In this document: piece by piece, positions 29,823 through 40,484 of the stretch | Numbering within the stretch: position 1 is the first letter of the stretch | Layout of the letters: each line of letters opens with the position of its first letter | Source: a virus | Strand: one strand, 5' to 3' | IMG/VR virus record: IMGVR_UViG_3300035661_000009 | Coordinates: 64,001-128,000 of that record | Length of the DNA: 64,000 bases | Translations under genes and position numbers: made by a program | Notes under the pieces: generated by a model | What the model was told of the DNA's origin: nothing | The model's input: only the letters and a program-made list of their open reading frames with translations | Database searches by the model: none

Positions 29823-30608
29823 TTAAACAGTTTCAGTTGAATCTGTTGAATCTGTTGAATCTGTTTCTGTTTCTGAAGAAATAGCTGTAACTACAACATC
29901 TTCAGATCCCGTAGGCGTAGGATCTTCATCTAACCCTAGGTCGCGAAGTAAATTCGCACCTACATCTGAATCAGTTAATCCGGTTACATCTACTGAGATT
30001 ACACCAAGGCTCTTGCCAACTAGATAGTTGTTGGCTGGGTCTTTAAGAAAGGCCTTTAGGTTCTTGGGTGTTACAGAGATTATGCTTCCATTGTTTTCTA
30101 CAATTAAATTTTTCGGGCGAGCCATTGTGTCTTCTTTCTATTGATGTTCGAGGTTACTTTATTGTACTTTACTACGTTTCGGTTTCTTATTCTTACTCTT
30201 ATTGCTAACTTACCTTACCGCTCCTACTTCCTCACCCTACCACACCCCTTAACTGTTTGCAACGGCTACTGCCGGATTACCTGTTGACTCTACATAAGTA
30301 GTAGAATCAACCCCAACACCAGATAGATCAATTAATGCATTTGCTAGCGCCCGAGCGGCAGCTACGTGGCCACCACGCTTAGGATTAAACTTATCTAGTG
30401 GATTGCGCTTACTTACACCTACATAACTTCGTCCCATCTTGTTACCGATCAACACTACCATAAAATTGCCATCTCGGTGAATACTCTCTACCTTATAATC
30501 AGATAGAAGGTTGGCTGTGTGATTCATAGTATCTGAATCAAAGCCAGACTTCTTAAGGTTACGTACAACGCCCGGCAACATCGTGGATAGATCTAGTTCT
30601 AGGTTCAT
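29823..30608 (-). other. Two hypothetical CDS (29823-30125, 30249-30608)
   Basis: ORF track; second has GVSKRNPLDKFNPKRGGHVAAARA, resembling a common phage C/R-x-P-x-D-x-F motif. Confidence 0.65.
30234..30262 (-). promoter_or_regulatory. Conserved early promoter TTGCAA-17-TAGGGT
   Basis: Member of the family; upstream of 29823-30125, the tRNA-like RNA and the satellite peptides. Confidence 0.72.
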
Positions 30609-30656
30609 ATGGTCTTTGTTTGTTTGGTTCTTGTTTAATGTTTAACTACTATTTAA

Positions 30657-32162
30657 CTACTGTTTAACTACCGTACATGGCCTATAATTCTCGATAATTT
30701 TGATTAATGCTAATGCTTCTCTTAATACAGTATCTCTATGTATTTCTTTTGGCCAGTATTTTAACCACGTACTCTGGTTCTTATAGAATAGGTAATACAT
30801 ATCATAGGATATGAATATTCGTGGTGTGTAAATCTTATAATCACCTTTATTAAAGATTATGTACGGACCTGATCTCGTCTGAGTGAACATAGTCTTTGCT
30901 TTCCTACGCCTTCCTACGCTTTCCTTTCAAGCTATGCCAAACTAATAAAAATGTCGTAAGTTGGCGGCAACATTCGTCGACGAGCGAGTTTATCTGCTTT
31001 AATGACTTCATTAGCTAATCTCAGCATATCGTTTCTATTTAAAGAACACGCAAATTCAAGCACCCAGCGAGTTAAATAAGTAATCTCGCCTGAGTAATAG
31101 ATAGTATATCTTCTACCTCCCACTCCCCTTCTAGGGAGGTAGAGGATGTATTTATCTTTCTTTAATATAGGGAGCATGTTATCCCCAGATGCTTTAATCC
31201 ACATTATCTATCCTTATCTATCCTTGAAAGGCGTCGGAACTTTTAAATAGCTTAATAACTTTGTTCGCTTTAACGAGCATTGAGTCTCTTTCGTCTATTG
31301 TGCCGTGAATATTGAATAATTCAACGATGGGCGGTTCGGTATTAATAAGCATCCAACTGGAATTATTTATGTTTGGAGCAGACAATACAAAGCATTTATC
31401 TTTAGTTAGATAGATTCTCTCATTATCTATTACATAGGCTGTCCACATTAATATCCGCCATCCTTTATAAAAAGATTTGCTTGGCTTAAAGCACCCACTC
31501 GATGTTCTTTTTTATAATACGACAAAGTTAATACTAAATTGCCGCGTCTAAATAATCTCCAATAATTGCCTGTCCATGTGGGTGGAACTAATTCCCAAAC
31601 TAGCCCATTTATAGTCTTAATGAGGACGGAGGTCTGACTATGAGGTGGTCGCTTATTAATCCACATAATTAAAATTCCGGATCTAATCGGCTTTCATAAT
31701 GTTCTTTAATGAATTTATTGGCTTGACGCAAACCATCTATACGATTTTCGCATTCCATTCTCAATACCTGATAATTATTCTTAAATAATTGCCAATGTAG
31801 ATTAAAACTGTTTGGTGGATCTAATTCCCACCGGTCTGCAAAACCGCCATGGCGGTTTAAGTATGGCTGTCTATTTGGCATAATTCTTAGCAAGAAGAAT
31901 CGACCACCGCTAATCCACATTATCTAATCCTGTTAATGGTTTTTAATGCTTCGATGCACACGACATCTCTGTTGGTTGACGCGCCCCAAGATAGGATGTA
32001 GTTAATGTAATTATCACCAAAAATATTCGCTTCCTTGTTTACAGAATAAAGTTCATAATGATTTAAAATCCTATTTGGACAATAAATCCTATACTTCGGG
32101 TGACCTTTCTTTGGCTCAATCTCTAAGACATCATATTCGCCAACTTTTTTATGTACAAACAT
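30657..32162 (-). other. Six tandem divergent paralogous CDS (30657-30890, 30932-31204, 31218-31448, 31448-31666, 31669-31920, 31920-32162)
   Basis: All start M[WF]; share C-terminal R-x3-[LC]-x2-A-[NL]-x2-I-[KN]. Confidence 0.7.
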
Positions 32163-32172
32163 AGTTTTGTGC

Positions 32173-32535
32173 TTAAAGCCACTCCACAGTAATTGGGTTA
32201 AATGGATCGTTAGTCGAATAAACGATCTTATCAACGCCTGCATTACGCAAAATAACCTCACAATCAGAGCACGGCCTACTCAAACCGTATGGTTGTTCCT
32301 TACGCAAACGAACAATATATACGGTAGCTCCCCTCAACTCGCCCGGATTAAGTTTATTAAAGGCGTGGATTTCAGCATGGATCCCGGTAGCATACATATT
32401 CCTACCAGTCGCAATAACCCTACCGCCCTTAATAATTACGCAACCATGGCGATGATTATCTGTAACCTTAGCGGCGAGCTTAGCAGCGAGCTTAATATAA
32501 CTTTGGTCCCGCCTGCTAGCGTTCTCGGTTCGCAT
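32173..32535 (-). CDS. Cytidine/dCMP deaminase-family protein (intact zinc site)
   Basis: HGCVIIKGGRVIATGRN, IHAE, RPCSDC. Confidence 0.85.
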   Translation of the reverse strand: MRTENASRRDQSYIKLAAKLAAKVTDNHRHGCVIIKGGRVIATGRNMYATGIHAEIHAFNKLNPGELRGATVYIVRLRKEQPYGLSRPCSDCEVILRNAGVDKIVYSTNDPFNPITVEWL

Positions 32536-32540
32536 ACCTC

Positions 32541-32569
32541 ACCCTATCACGACCCGATCGGCCACGCAA
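32541..32569 (-). promoter_or_regulatory. Conserved early promoter TTGCGT-17-TAGGGT
   Basis: -10 ends 5 nt before the deaminase ATG (leaderless geometry). Confidence 0.7.
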
Positions 32570-33622
32570 GGGGCGCAGAAGAGTCAATATCGCAAGCATC
32601 TATCTCATTTGAAGTGTCTGTAGGACCTGCCAGTTTACTCAGCCTATTAGGATCTGTAAATGTCTCCCACATAGCATCAATAATAGCTGGATCAGTCTTC
32701 AGACTTGAAGAATTTACAGTATTTACAGTATTGACAGTATTGACAGTATTTACTGGCACTTGTCCGATATAACTAGGGCTAGGCTGGCCCATCAAATTCT
32801 TCTTAGCTAGCTCCGTTACGATATCATTAAGAGATTCGGAATTGTCCTCTCCCTCGATTTCAGTAATCTCATTTTCTTCAGCAATTTCTCCCAATTCTTC
32901 ATGTTCGTCTGAATAATAGGGAACTCCTGACAAAACTTCGATTAACGCGCTAGGAACGACATAAAGAACCAGATCGTTATCAAACGATACTTCAACCTCT
33001 TCTTTATCTAGCCTAATAGTCACGACTTCATTAGTGTAAGAGTTTTCCATACACCACTCAGTCTGAGACATTTCAATAAAGCCCTGCGAAATCATGAGAT
33101 CAATACACTTGTCGTACATTTGTGGGGTCATTTGGGTTATTGCCTTATTTTTCTATGTAAAGAAGGTGGTCATATACTTACTGGTCATATACTTACTGGT
33201 TTATGTAATTAACTAAGGTTCGTTACAAAAAAAGACAAAAAAGACGCCGGTACTTCTTGTGTCATTTGCCAACTGCCAATTTCACTAATAGTTACTTCCA
33301 TGGCTTTCCGCCATACCAACCTTAGGATTTCGTTACGGAGCTTTCCCATATTTTGATTTAAAATCTCAATATTCTGAGAGCTTGGACGGAGATAGTTTGA
33401 TAAAGCATTTCTAAAAAGATAGCGATGTTGCTGATATTTATACTGTGGCGCAATATTTACCTTCGGATCGCGCAAAACATTTTCTACATAAATATTATAC
33501 ATAATCCCGTGAAACATCCCAAGCTCTTTAGTAAGAAGAGAGATAATTAGTGGCTCTTCAATTAACATTCCAATTTGGGAAGCGTCGCGAACCGTTAAAA
33601 CGCGTTTATAATTATTCCACAT
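32547..33622 (-). other. Two hypothetical CDS (32547-33131 acidic; 33209-33622)
   Basis: ORF track. Confidence 0.65.
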
Positions 33623-33814
33623 TAATGAAGGTCCTTAGATTCATTGATCAGTTAATTAATCGTTATGGAGACAAAACCCGAACAAATGGCCGACTTTATC
33701 TACCAAAACAATTCCTAGCTTAAAATTATTGCTAAGGAATAGGTTATTCATAGCAATGCCGATTTTCCACACCAAAAACTTAGTCTTTGAATTGGCCATA
33801 CGCCCCTCTGCCCT

Positions 33815-33843
33815 ACCCTAGCACGTCAAGGGGTGGGCGTCAA
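33815..33843 (-). promoter_or_regulatory. Conserved early promoter TTGACG-17-TAGGGT
   Basis: Member of the repeated promoter family. Confidence 0.75.
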
Positions 33844-33873
33844 GGCCCACCCCTTGGATATTATCTTACTGTA

Positions 33874-35025
33874 TTACTTAACGCCCTTTACTACAATACT
33901 TTCTCCATGATCGTTATGCTTCAGCCAACCAATACCTGAGACATACTCAAGTTCTTCCAAATCGTCTAAATCAACTTCTTTTTCCTCGCCGCTTTGGAAA
34001 CTCTCCCACGCTTCCGATAGTGTTTCTACGTCTTCTGTATGACGGCGATCCGCTTCTAAAAAACCATTTACCACCTGATCGTAGGTGCGTCCCTGACCAC
34101 TACCACTACCGGTTGAAATAATTGTCCCGTCTTTTGATGTAGTTGTGATATTTGAAGCGCCTCCATTAGCTAGTGGTGGGGTGGGGCGGCCACGAAGACT
34201 TGAGTATTCAGAATTACTTGAGTCATCTTCTGACCAATTACCGCTAACGCTAAAATCATATGCCCTGTTATAGCCTCGATATTGATTCATACCACGCATA
34301 TCAGCACCACCATTACGCCAATCAGGCATATAAGTATTGTATCGGCTCTGGAATTCGAGCTTCATATCTTCCTTATACAGACAGCCGTCTTGAATGTAAT
34401 ACACTTGTCCGGTCTCGATTTTGAATTCAAAAGTATCGATACCAGCGGCTTTAATAGCCATTTCCGCATGACCATCATCGCTTGACCAAATAATACCAGT
34501 AGCTTCATCGGCATTTTCGCTTGCCTTAATCCCATGTACCGAAAGATCGCCACCACTTAGCTTACATAGATAAATACGGGTCGGATCTGACTTCCGAGTC
34601 CATACAATACTTCCATAACCCGACAAATCCGACAAATCCTTATCTTCATTTAAATGAGCGAAGATATGCATCGAATCTACTTCAAACTTACGGTTATACT
34701 TAATTTGGAGTTCCGAATGGTTCGTAATAATCCCATTATGTGCGCCAATAATATCGCCAATATCAAATGGATGGCTATTGGCGGCACAAATAGATCCTGT
34801 AGTCGCCTTTCTAGTATGGCCAATTAGCCTATCTTTGCCAATTAGAAGGCGGGCCCGTTCGGTTAGCTCCCCTACGCCGCGAGTTAGATTAGCAAAATCA
34901 TAGAACCCCCAGCTATCACCACCTCGCGAATCATTTCCAATAGCTAAAATTGCCGCTACCATTGCCTTTTGTTCATTTGATACGCCACTATTTTCAGTAT
35001 ACTCGAAGCCCAGAAGCCCACACAT
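33874..35025 (-). CDS. Class-II (Ntn) glutamine amidotransferase
   Basis: N-terminal MCGL, RGGDSWG, IGHTRKATTG, NSHPF, GAHNGIITN, EVDS. Confidence 0.9.
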   Translation of the reverse strand: MCGLLGFEYTENSGVSNEQKAMVAAILAIGNDSRGGDSWGFYDFANLTRGVGELTERARLLIGKDRLIGHTRKATTGSICAANSHPFDIGDIIGAHNGIITNHSELQIKYNRKFEVDSMHIFAHLNEDKDLSDLSGYGSIVWTRKSDPTRIYLCKLSGGDLSVHGIKASENADEATGIIWSSDDGHAEMAIKAAGIDTFEFKIETGQVYYIQDGCLYKEDMKLEFQSRYNTYMPDWRNGGADMRGMNQYRGYNRAYDFSVSGNWSEDDSSNSEYSSLRGRPTPPLANGGASNITTTSKDGTIISTGSGSGQGRTYDQVVNGFLEADRRHTEDVETLSEAWESFQSGEEKEVDLDDLEELEYVSGIGWLKHNDHGESIVVKGVK

Positions 35026-35069
35026 TGATTATAGCCTTTCTTTAATTAGTTAAAAATTAATTCTAATTC

Positions 35070-36290
35070 TTACTTATCGCCAAACTTCTTCTTACGCTCA
35101 ATTAGCCAATCTTTTACGGTCTTATTGGGAGCAATGCTGTGAAGAATCATGAAACCTTCCCCCTTCATGTTCTTAATCTCCTTTTCAGACATTTCGAAAG
35201 CATAATCGATAATACTCGCCCATAGCATGGCCCAGTTAGTTATATTTTCGTAACTAACAGTACCTTCAAACAAGCGGCATTCGAAGGTTCCACGGAAAAT
35301 GTACGAATGGATATTCAAAGCGCCGTACCGAGCGTTATGATACTTCTCCCCACGTACGCTTGCAAGCGATTGGTTCTTGACACCATAGACATTTTCTACG
35401 ATCTTCTTACCATTTTCTTGCGGAACCGCGAACTTCTCTAGATCCTTAATGTACTTCTTGGCCGTTCTTGCACAATACCTAGTGTTATTGCGACGAACAT
35501 CGGGCATTAGGTCGAATAGCGTATCCTCTAGCTTATCATAAAGGAAGATTAGCTTACGTACATCGAAGAACGTGTAATCGCGAGCGTCTACGTGAATATG
35601 ATAACCGCAAGAATCGTTAGCTACTGCCCCAATTTCCTTCAATTCGTCAGTAATTTCCTTAACTTGAGTAAGGAAGGTATCGCCTTGAGCCGGAGCAGTA
35701 TTAATTTCGAATGGAGAACCTCCATGAATACTTCCATCATGGACGATACCACCCCGCCAATTAGTTACAATAGTAGCTAGGTTGGCGCCAGACTTAACTA
35801 AATCAGCTACTTCCAATTCAGCAGAAAGGAATCGTTCTGATTTATTTACCTTAAAAGTCTCGCTTGTGTGGAATTTCGGTTGACGCGGACCAGTTACATA
35901 AACCGCTAGTTCATCCCGGCAACTACAGCAATTATCACAATTGCCACAAACATTATGTGTTTGTACATCGCGAGCCCCGCAATCGGCACAGCGCACGCAG
36001 TCACAGCAATTATTGCAATTATCACATGAAGAACAAGCGTTGTCGGCAGCCGAAGAATGAGACGTATTACAATTCGGGCAATTCCAACACTCACAGCAAT
36101 TGGCACAATCGTTGCAAGTAAAACAAGTATCTTGGCTAATAGTCGTGCAACGTGAGCATTGAATACAAATGCATTCATCGTTGGGAACGCTACATACAGC
36201 GCAAGTATCTACGGGAGTTGTGGGAGTTGTGGGAGTTGTGGGAGTTGTGGGAGTTGCAGAAACTACGGGCGGATCGATATTAGAAGGCAT
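35070..36290 (-). CDS. Putative amidoligase (COOH-NH2 ligase) with Cys-rich N-terminus
   Basis: SAELEV, HDGSI, FEINTAP, SCGYHIHVD, RYGALN, TFECRLFEGT; many CxxC at the N-terminus. Confidence 0.85.
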   Translation of the reverse strand: MPSNIDPPVVSATPTTPTTPTTPTTPVDTCAVCSVPNDECICIQCSRCTTISQDTCFTCNDCANCCECWNCPNCNTSHSSAADNACSSCDNCNNCCDCVRCADCGARDVQTHNVCGNCDNCCSCRDELAVYVTGPRQPKFHTSETFKVNKSERFLSAELEVADLVKSGANLATIVTNWRGGIVHDGSIHGGSPFEINTAPAQGDTFLTQVKEITDELKEIGAVANDSCGYHIHVDARDYTFFDVRKLIFLYDKLEDTLFDLMPDVRRNNTRYCARTAKKYIKDLEKFAVPQENGKKIVENVYGVKNQSLASVRGEKYHNARYGALNIHSYIFRGTFECRLFEGTVSYENITNWAMLWASIIDYAFEMSEKEIKNMKGEGFMILHSIAPNKTVKDWLIERKKKFGDK

Positions 36291-36522
36291 TTAGAGCTTC
36301 CTCTCGGTTAATGAACTTCATATTCTCTTCTTTAAGCATCTTATTAAGATACTTCGTAATGTTCCTCGTATGGGTTAGGGCATCGTGAACGTCAGTCGCA
36401 GGAGGATTATCCTGCATATCTTCTACTTCACTCTTTAGCTTCTCAATCATTTGAACTAGATCGTCCATGACCTTTTCTTTGCTTTGGTGTAGGTGGCTTG
36501 GGTTTCGTTGCTTGCCCTCTCA

Positions 36523-36551
36523 ACCCTACCACGGTCGGTTTCCGGTTGCAA
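36523..36551 (-). promoter_or_regulatory. Conserved early promoter TTGCAA-17-TAGGGT (drives amidoligase/GATase genes)
   Basis: Member of the repeated promoter family. Confidence 0.8.
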
Positions 36552-37303
36552 GGGCTAGGACCCGCACAAGCGGGTATATGTATCTATTGTAGTCTATTTA
36601 CTTGTATCCACGTACCGCCATAAATACCTTGCAGACTTTTGTATTTAGTATTAATAGATACGCATATAAATTCGCCCTTTACAGTGCTTATATGAAATTG
36701 ATACCGCATTTTCATCCTAGATATTGATAGTTTCTTAATCTTTACGCTACTATTCCAGATTAGGTGGATCATTGTTTTGGCTTATTAATTAATGTTTTAA
36801 TTTCGTCGCCTTGACAAGAACGTCTTTTGAACCTTAATTCAGTAAATATGTAAGATCTTAATTCTCCGTAATCGGAGTTAAAAATGCTGGAATCTGAAAA
36901 CCCATCTGTATATGCTCTGGAGTATACAATCCTATCGTCTTTTATTGAAGACTGATATGCGTATCCATATAAATGTATCATTAATTAATGTCGTTGTTAG
37001 CCCGTCGATATGAACTAACGGATTGCGAGAAACTGCGTTTTGAATAGTAACCCCCAAGAGGGTTTGGAAGTAATTATAGTTACAAGATTGTATCCGTTTA
37101 CGCCCGTATCCAAATCTTTTTTAATCTTGCTTACAGCTTTGCCATATCTAAAGACAATTGTGGGGAACAAGAGTTCTCGTTTAAATAAAAATAAAGGCCC
37201 GAAGGGCCTCTATATCTTACTCATTGGGGGGAGATTAAAGGATTACAACAGAAGATGAAGCAGCGCCTTCAATTACAATGAGTCTGATTCTGTTAATTCT
37301 TTA

Positions 37304-37603
37304 TCAGGCAGGAACGGGAGCTAAAGCTACCGTCGCGGTACGTTCAATAAGCAATTCACCTACAGGCATTTGAGTAACTACCGAACCTACTTTTTCGCCA
37401 CCCTTTTCTAGGTATTTATCGAATTCGCCAGTTTCGAAGACGATTTCGGCTTTCTCAAGTACGTAGTGGGTAGCAGTAACTTTCTTCATATTGCCACGAT
37501 AAGCATAGGTTGATGTTTGAATATAATACCTACCTCCAATTACAAATAATCCTTCAGCAAGCATTTGATCGGTAGCTACGGAGACTTCATTGTCAGTTTT
37601 CAT
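37304..37603 (-). CDS. Paralogue of the array-embedded protein 14933-15214
   Basis: GLFVIGGRYYIQTSTYAYRG..VFETGEF..ELLIER aligns with GIFVEGAKYHIRTPTYQYIG..VYETGNY..EMIIDR. Confidence 0.8.
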   Translation of the reverse strand: MKTDNEVSVATDQMLAEGLFVIGGRYYIQTSTYAYRGNMKKVTATHYVLEKAEIVFETGEFDKYLEKGGEKVGSVVTQMPVGELLIERTATVALAPVPA

Positions 37604-37659
37604 TGTTTTCTATCTTTCTTTCTTGTTTATTACATACGGCTAACTACCTACCTACACCT

Positions 37660-37733
37660 TGGGTTCGGTGGGGTACGATCCCACAGCCTATTGATTAAGA
37701 GTCAATTGCACTGTCCATTTGTGCTACGAACCC
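37660..37733 (-). tRNA. tRNA-Lys(CTT), atypical T-loop (ATCGTAC)
   Basis: GGGTTCG/CGAACCC, ATTGA-CTCTTAA-TCAAT. Confidence 0.85.
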
Positions 37734-37742
37734 GCTTACTGT

Positions 37743-38264
37743 TTATTTACTGCTGTATTTAGCATAATCTGCGGCGTCTTTATCTTCCTCGTTTGCTATA
37801 TCATTTTGATAATTAGCTTGTTTTATAGCTTTATCATAATCAACTTCATACTTAGCTTTTAATTCTGCTAGTAATTTCTTTTCTTTTTCAACCTTTTTAG
37901 CTTCTATTTTTGCTGCCAAGGTCTGCTTCTTTTCTTGAGCTTTAGTCCAGTTTGATTGGAGCGTACGAAGCTCTTTATCTATCTCTTCTTCTGTCTTTTT
38001 AATTACGTAATTTGCAATTAATTCAACGTCACCATAATTATAGCGACTATCGTAAACAGAATTAGTAGATAGTGACAGTTGTTGAATTTTTCCTTCTTTT
38101 TCTTTAGCTAATAAATTAGTTAATTCTATAATAAGAATTTCTATGTCGCTATGTGACAGGTCTTCAGTAAATATCTGTATTGGCGGAACATAAAACGAAG
38201 GCATTTTAGGCGCTTTATTTTTAATCTTTGGCTTTGTGTTTGGCTTTGTGCTCGATTTTGACAT
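37743..38264 (-). CDS. Hypothetical Lys-rich coiled-coil protein
   Basis: 173-aa ORF. Confidence 0.65.
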   Translation of the reverse strand: MSKSSTKPNTKPKIKNKAPKMPSFYVPPIQIFTEDLSHSDIEILIIELTNLLAKEKEGKIQQLSLSTNSVYDSRYNYGDVELIANYVIKKTEEEIDKELRTLQSNWTKAQEKKQTLAAKIEAKKVEKEKKLLAELKAKYEVDYDKAIKQANYQNDIANEEDKDAADYAKYSSK

Positions 38265-38511
38265 AATTCAGCGCTCCGATAAAAGTGTTAATACGGATTC
38301 AAAAGATAATTTTATACTATGGTTAATTATTTCTTCTCCATAACGGTTTAGTGTACTTAACCAAATCTATATGGGGATTGAAGCCAGACACTTTATATCC
38401 GGGAAACAAGATTTCGCATGTTTTAATGGTTTGTTTAACCAACTCAAAATAGAACTTTTCTGAGATTAGGGCCCCCCATTCCTGTCTAACGGATTTAACA
38501 TCATCTTCATG

Positions 38512-38580
38512 TACTCCCGAAAAGAGTCGAACTTTTCCGGCAGGCTTATAAGACCCGCTTCCGCAACCGGCGACAGGAGC
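38512..38580 (-). tRNA. tRNA-Ile(TAT), short D-arm
   Basis: GCTCCTG/CGGGAGT-A, CGGGT-CTTATAA-GCCTG, AAAAG-TTCGACT-CTTTT. Confidence 0.7.
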
Positions 38581-38937
38581 AAAAACCCTAATTCATCTAG
38601 GGTTAAATCCAAATCTATGTAATTTGCTATCTAACTAATTAGACAGCGGGGGTCTTTTCGAATTCAACAACGAAAGTAGTCTCGTCGCGGTTTAGCCGCG
38701 CAAGAACACCGCTTACTTCCGATGAGGGAGAATCAGCATAAGTTTCATCAGCCATATCGACGGTAAAACCTGCCGCCGTCAATAGTGAACTAACTAGCTC
38801 GCCAACGGCCTTCTTACCTGATTTCGCGGGACCAGCAATCGTAATAGTAACAGTCTTTGACATATTGTTTCTCTTTCTTACTGCGTAATACAACGTTGTA
38901 CAGCACAGCCTTACCTACCCCATGTAGATAAGACAGT

Positions 38938-39017
38938 TGAGTAGGTTGGAATCGAACCAACTGTATCCGAAGATGGCAGATTTACAGTCTGCTGACTTCC
39001 CATGAAGTCATCTACTC
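38938..39017 (-). tRNA. tRNA-Tyr(GTA)
   Basis: GCAGA-CTGTAAA-TCTGC, variable arm ATC-TTCG-GAT, GGTTCGATTCC. Confidence 0.85.
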
Positions 39018-39062
39018 AATAACAACCAAACTAACTGTAACTATTAACGAAGTCAATCCGTT

Positions 39063-39166
39063 AACCACTGCTCAACCACTGCTCAACCACTGCTCAACCA
39101 CTGCTCAACCACTGCTCAACCACTGCTCAACCACTGCTCAACCACTGCTCAACCACTGCTCAACCA
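39063..39166. repeat. Perfect tandem repeat AACCACTGCTC x9
   Basis: Counted directly. Confidence 0.95.
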
Positions 39167-39188
39167 ACCCGTCCGCTACCGCCCGACA

Positions 39189-39217
39189 ACCCTATCACAC
39201 CCGGTTCGTACCGTCAA
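39189..39217 (-). promoter_or_regulatory. Conserved early promoter TTGACG-17-TAGGGT
   Basis: Near-identical to the + strand copy at 46453-46481. Confidence 0.78.
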
Positions 39218-39344
39218 CACCCCGGCTTAACGCGCTGTGTTGCGGTTGCGCCGCTTATTCTTGCCTACCTGTATGCCCAACCCTAAGGCCGCAGTTAAAG
39301 CTATATTTAGTTATATAGCTTGGAAAGTGCCAAAAAAATATGTA

Positions 39345-39959
39345 TCACGGATAGATGACCTTTTCTCTGTTTAACTTACTATCTGTTACCGCAATTGCGG
39401 TGATTATGCCAGATACGCAATACATGTCCACTATCTTTCTAGCGACCTCTTCAATCGAACTAAAATAACTGCTAGGGAGGTGATAGTCAGACCACCTATA
39501 GCCAAGATCGTTTTTAATTAGACAGACATTGTGTCCATTTTGTTTACCTTTATCATCTATCCAGCAAACAGATAGCATCCGGGTAGTCAGGTCTTTTTCT
39601 TCAAAGCTCCCTTCATTTACGGCATTTTCTATAACGGTAACTTGATACAGAGCGAATTCATCACAGTCATGACTATCTACCGTATCTGTTCCGGTTCTTT
39701 CAAAATACGATGGATAAGAATAGGCATTCCATAATTCCTTAGCTCCGTCGGCTACCCAAAGCTGTTGGCGTATAAAGAAGTATATGTCTTTAAAGGTGGC
39801 ATATTTACTTACTGGCTTATCTTTCCAGTCTCTTTGATATATCCACCTATATGCCTTGCTCCATTTACAGTCTAACCCAAGACTTAGGACGGTATATAGG
39901 GTTATTTTAATAATAAAGACATAAAGCTGCATTAGTTTACGGAAGATAACTTTGTTCAT
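39345..39959 (-). CDS. Transglutaminase/papain-like Cys-His-Asp fold protein
   Basis: HDCDEFALY, GHNVCLI, WSD; hydrophobic N-terminal segment. Confidence 0.55.
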   Translation of the reverse strand: MNKVIFRKLMQLYVFIIKITLYTVLSLGLDCKWSKAYRWIYQRDWKDKPVSKYATFKDIYFFIRQQLWVADGAKELWNAYSYPSYFERTGTDTVDSHDCDEFALYQVTVIENAVNEGSFEEKDLTTRMLSVCWIDDKGKQNGHNVCLIKNDLGYRWSDYHLPSSYFSSIEEVARKIVDMYCVSGIITAIAVTDSKLNREKVIYP

Positions 39960-40200
39960 ATCCGTAAGATTGCTTATGAAGCGCGACCTCTGGGAATTAA
40001 ACCCACCCTACTAACCTATACCGGAATCTATGTCCTACGGAAACAAAGTCACATTGCTGTGCTATATAGTTTCCATTCAATAGTTAGCCTAATCTGGCGA
40101 TCGCTTATTTCTTTTATAGGAACCTTGACTATTACCGCGTAGTCAGATGTGAGATCTCTTTTAAATATTGTCTTTTCGTAGGCTTGTTTTGTCATAGTTA

Positions 40201-40279
40201 CACGGACACATAGACACATGGAGTCGAACCATGGCGAGAAGTTTTGGAGGCTTCTATGCTGCCGCAACATTTTGTCCGT
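40201..40279 (-). tRNA. tRNA-Trp(CCA) with 8-nt duplication in the 3' acceptor region (possible pseudo-tRNA)
   Basis: AGAAG-C-CTCCAAA-A-CTTCT, CATGG-TTCGACT-CCATG, then TGTCTATG-TGTCCGTG. Confidence 0.6.
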
Positions 40280-40282
40280 AAG

Positions 40283-40353
40283 AGGGCTGACACAGAATTG
40301 AACTGTGATACAAAAGTTAACAGCTTTTTGCTTTACCGTTAAGCTATCAACCC
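40283..40353 (-). tRNA. tRNA-Asn(GTT)
   Basis: GGGTTGA/TCAGCCC, AAAAG-CTGTTAA-CTTTT. Confidence 0.8.
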
Positions 40354-40358
40354 ATAAA

Positions 40359-40432
40359 TCAGACATGAAAGATTCGAACTTTCGGCCTCTTGCGCCCAAG
40401 GCAAGCGCTCTACCAAACTGAGCTAATGTCTG
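40359..40432 (-). tRNA. tRNA-Pro(TGG)
   Basis: CAGACAT/ATGTCTG-A, CTTGC-CTTGGGC-GCAAG. Confidence 0.88.
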
Positions 40433-40484
40433 AAAATACCCCTATTTCTAGGGGTTTGATGCCTTTAAGATTGATACCTCCACA

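Noticed and set aside
39982-40052. Additional tRNA gene
   Set aside because: An acceptor-like stem and T-arm-like hairpin are present but there is no credible D or anticodon arm; kept only as a degenerate tRNA-like remnant.
40049-40399. 116-aa minus-strand ORF
   Set aside because: It runs through three tRNA genes; at most its 3' part could be coding.
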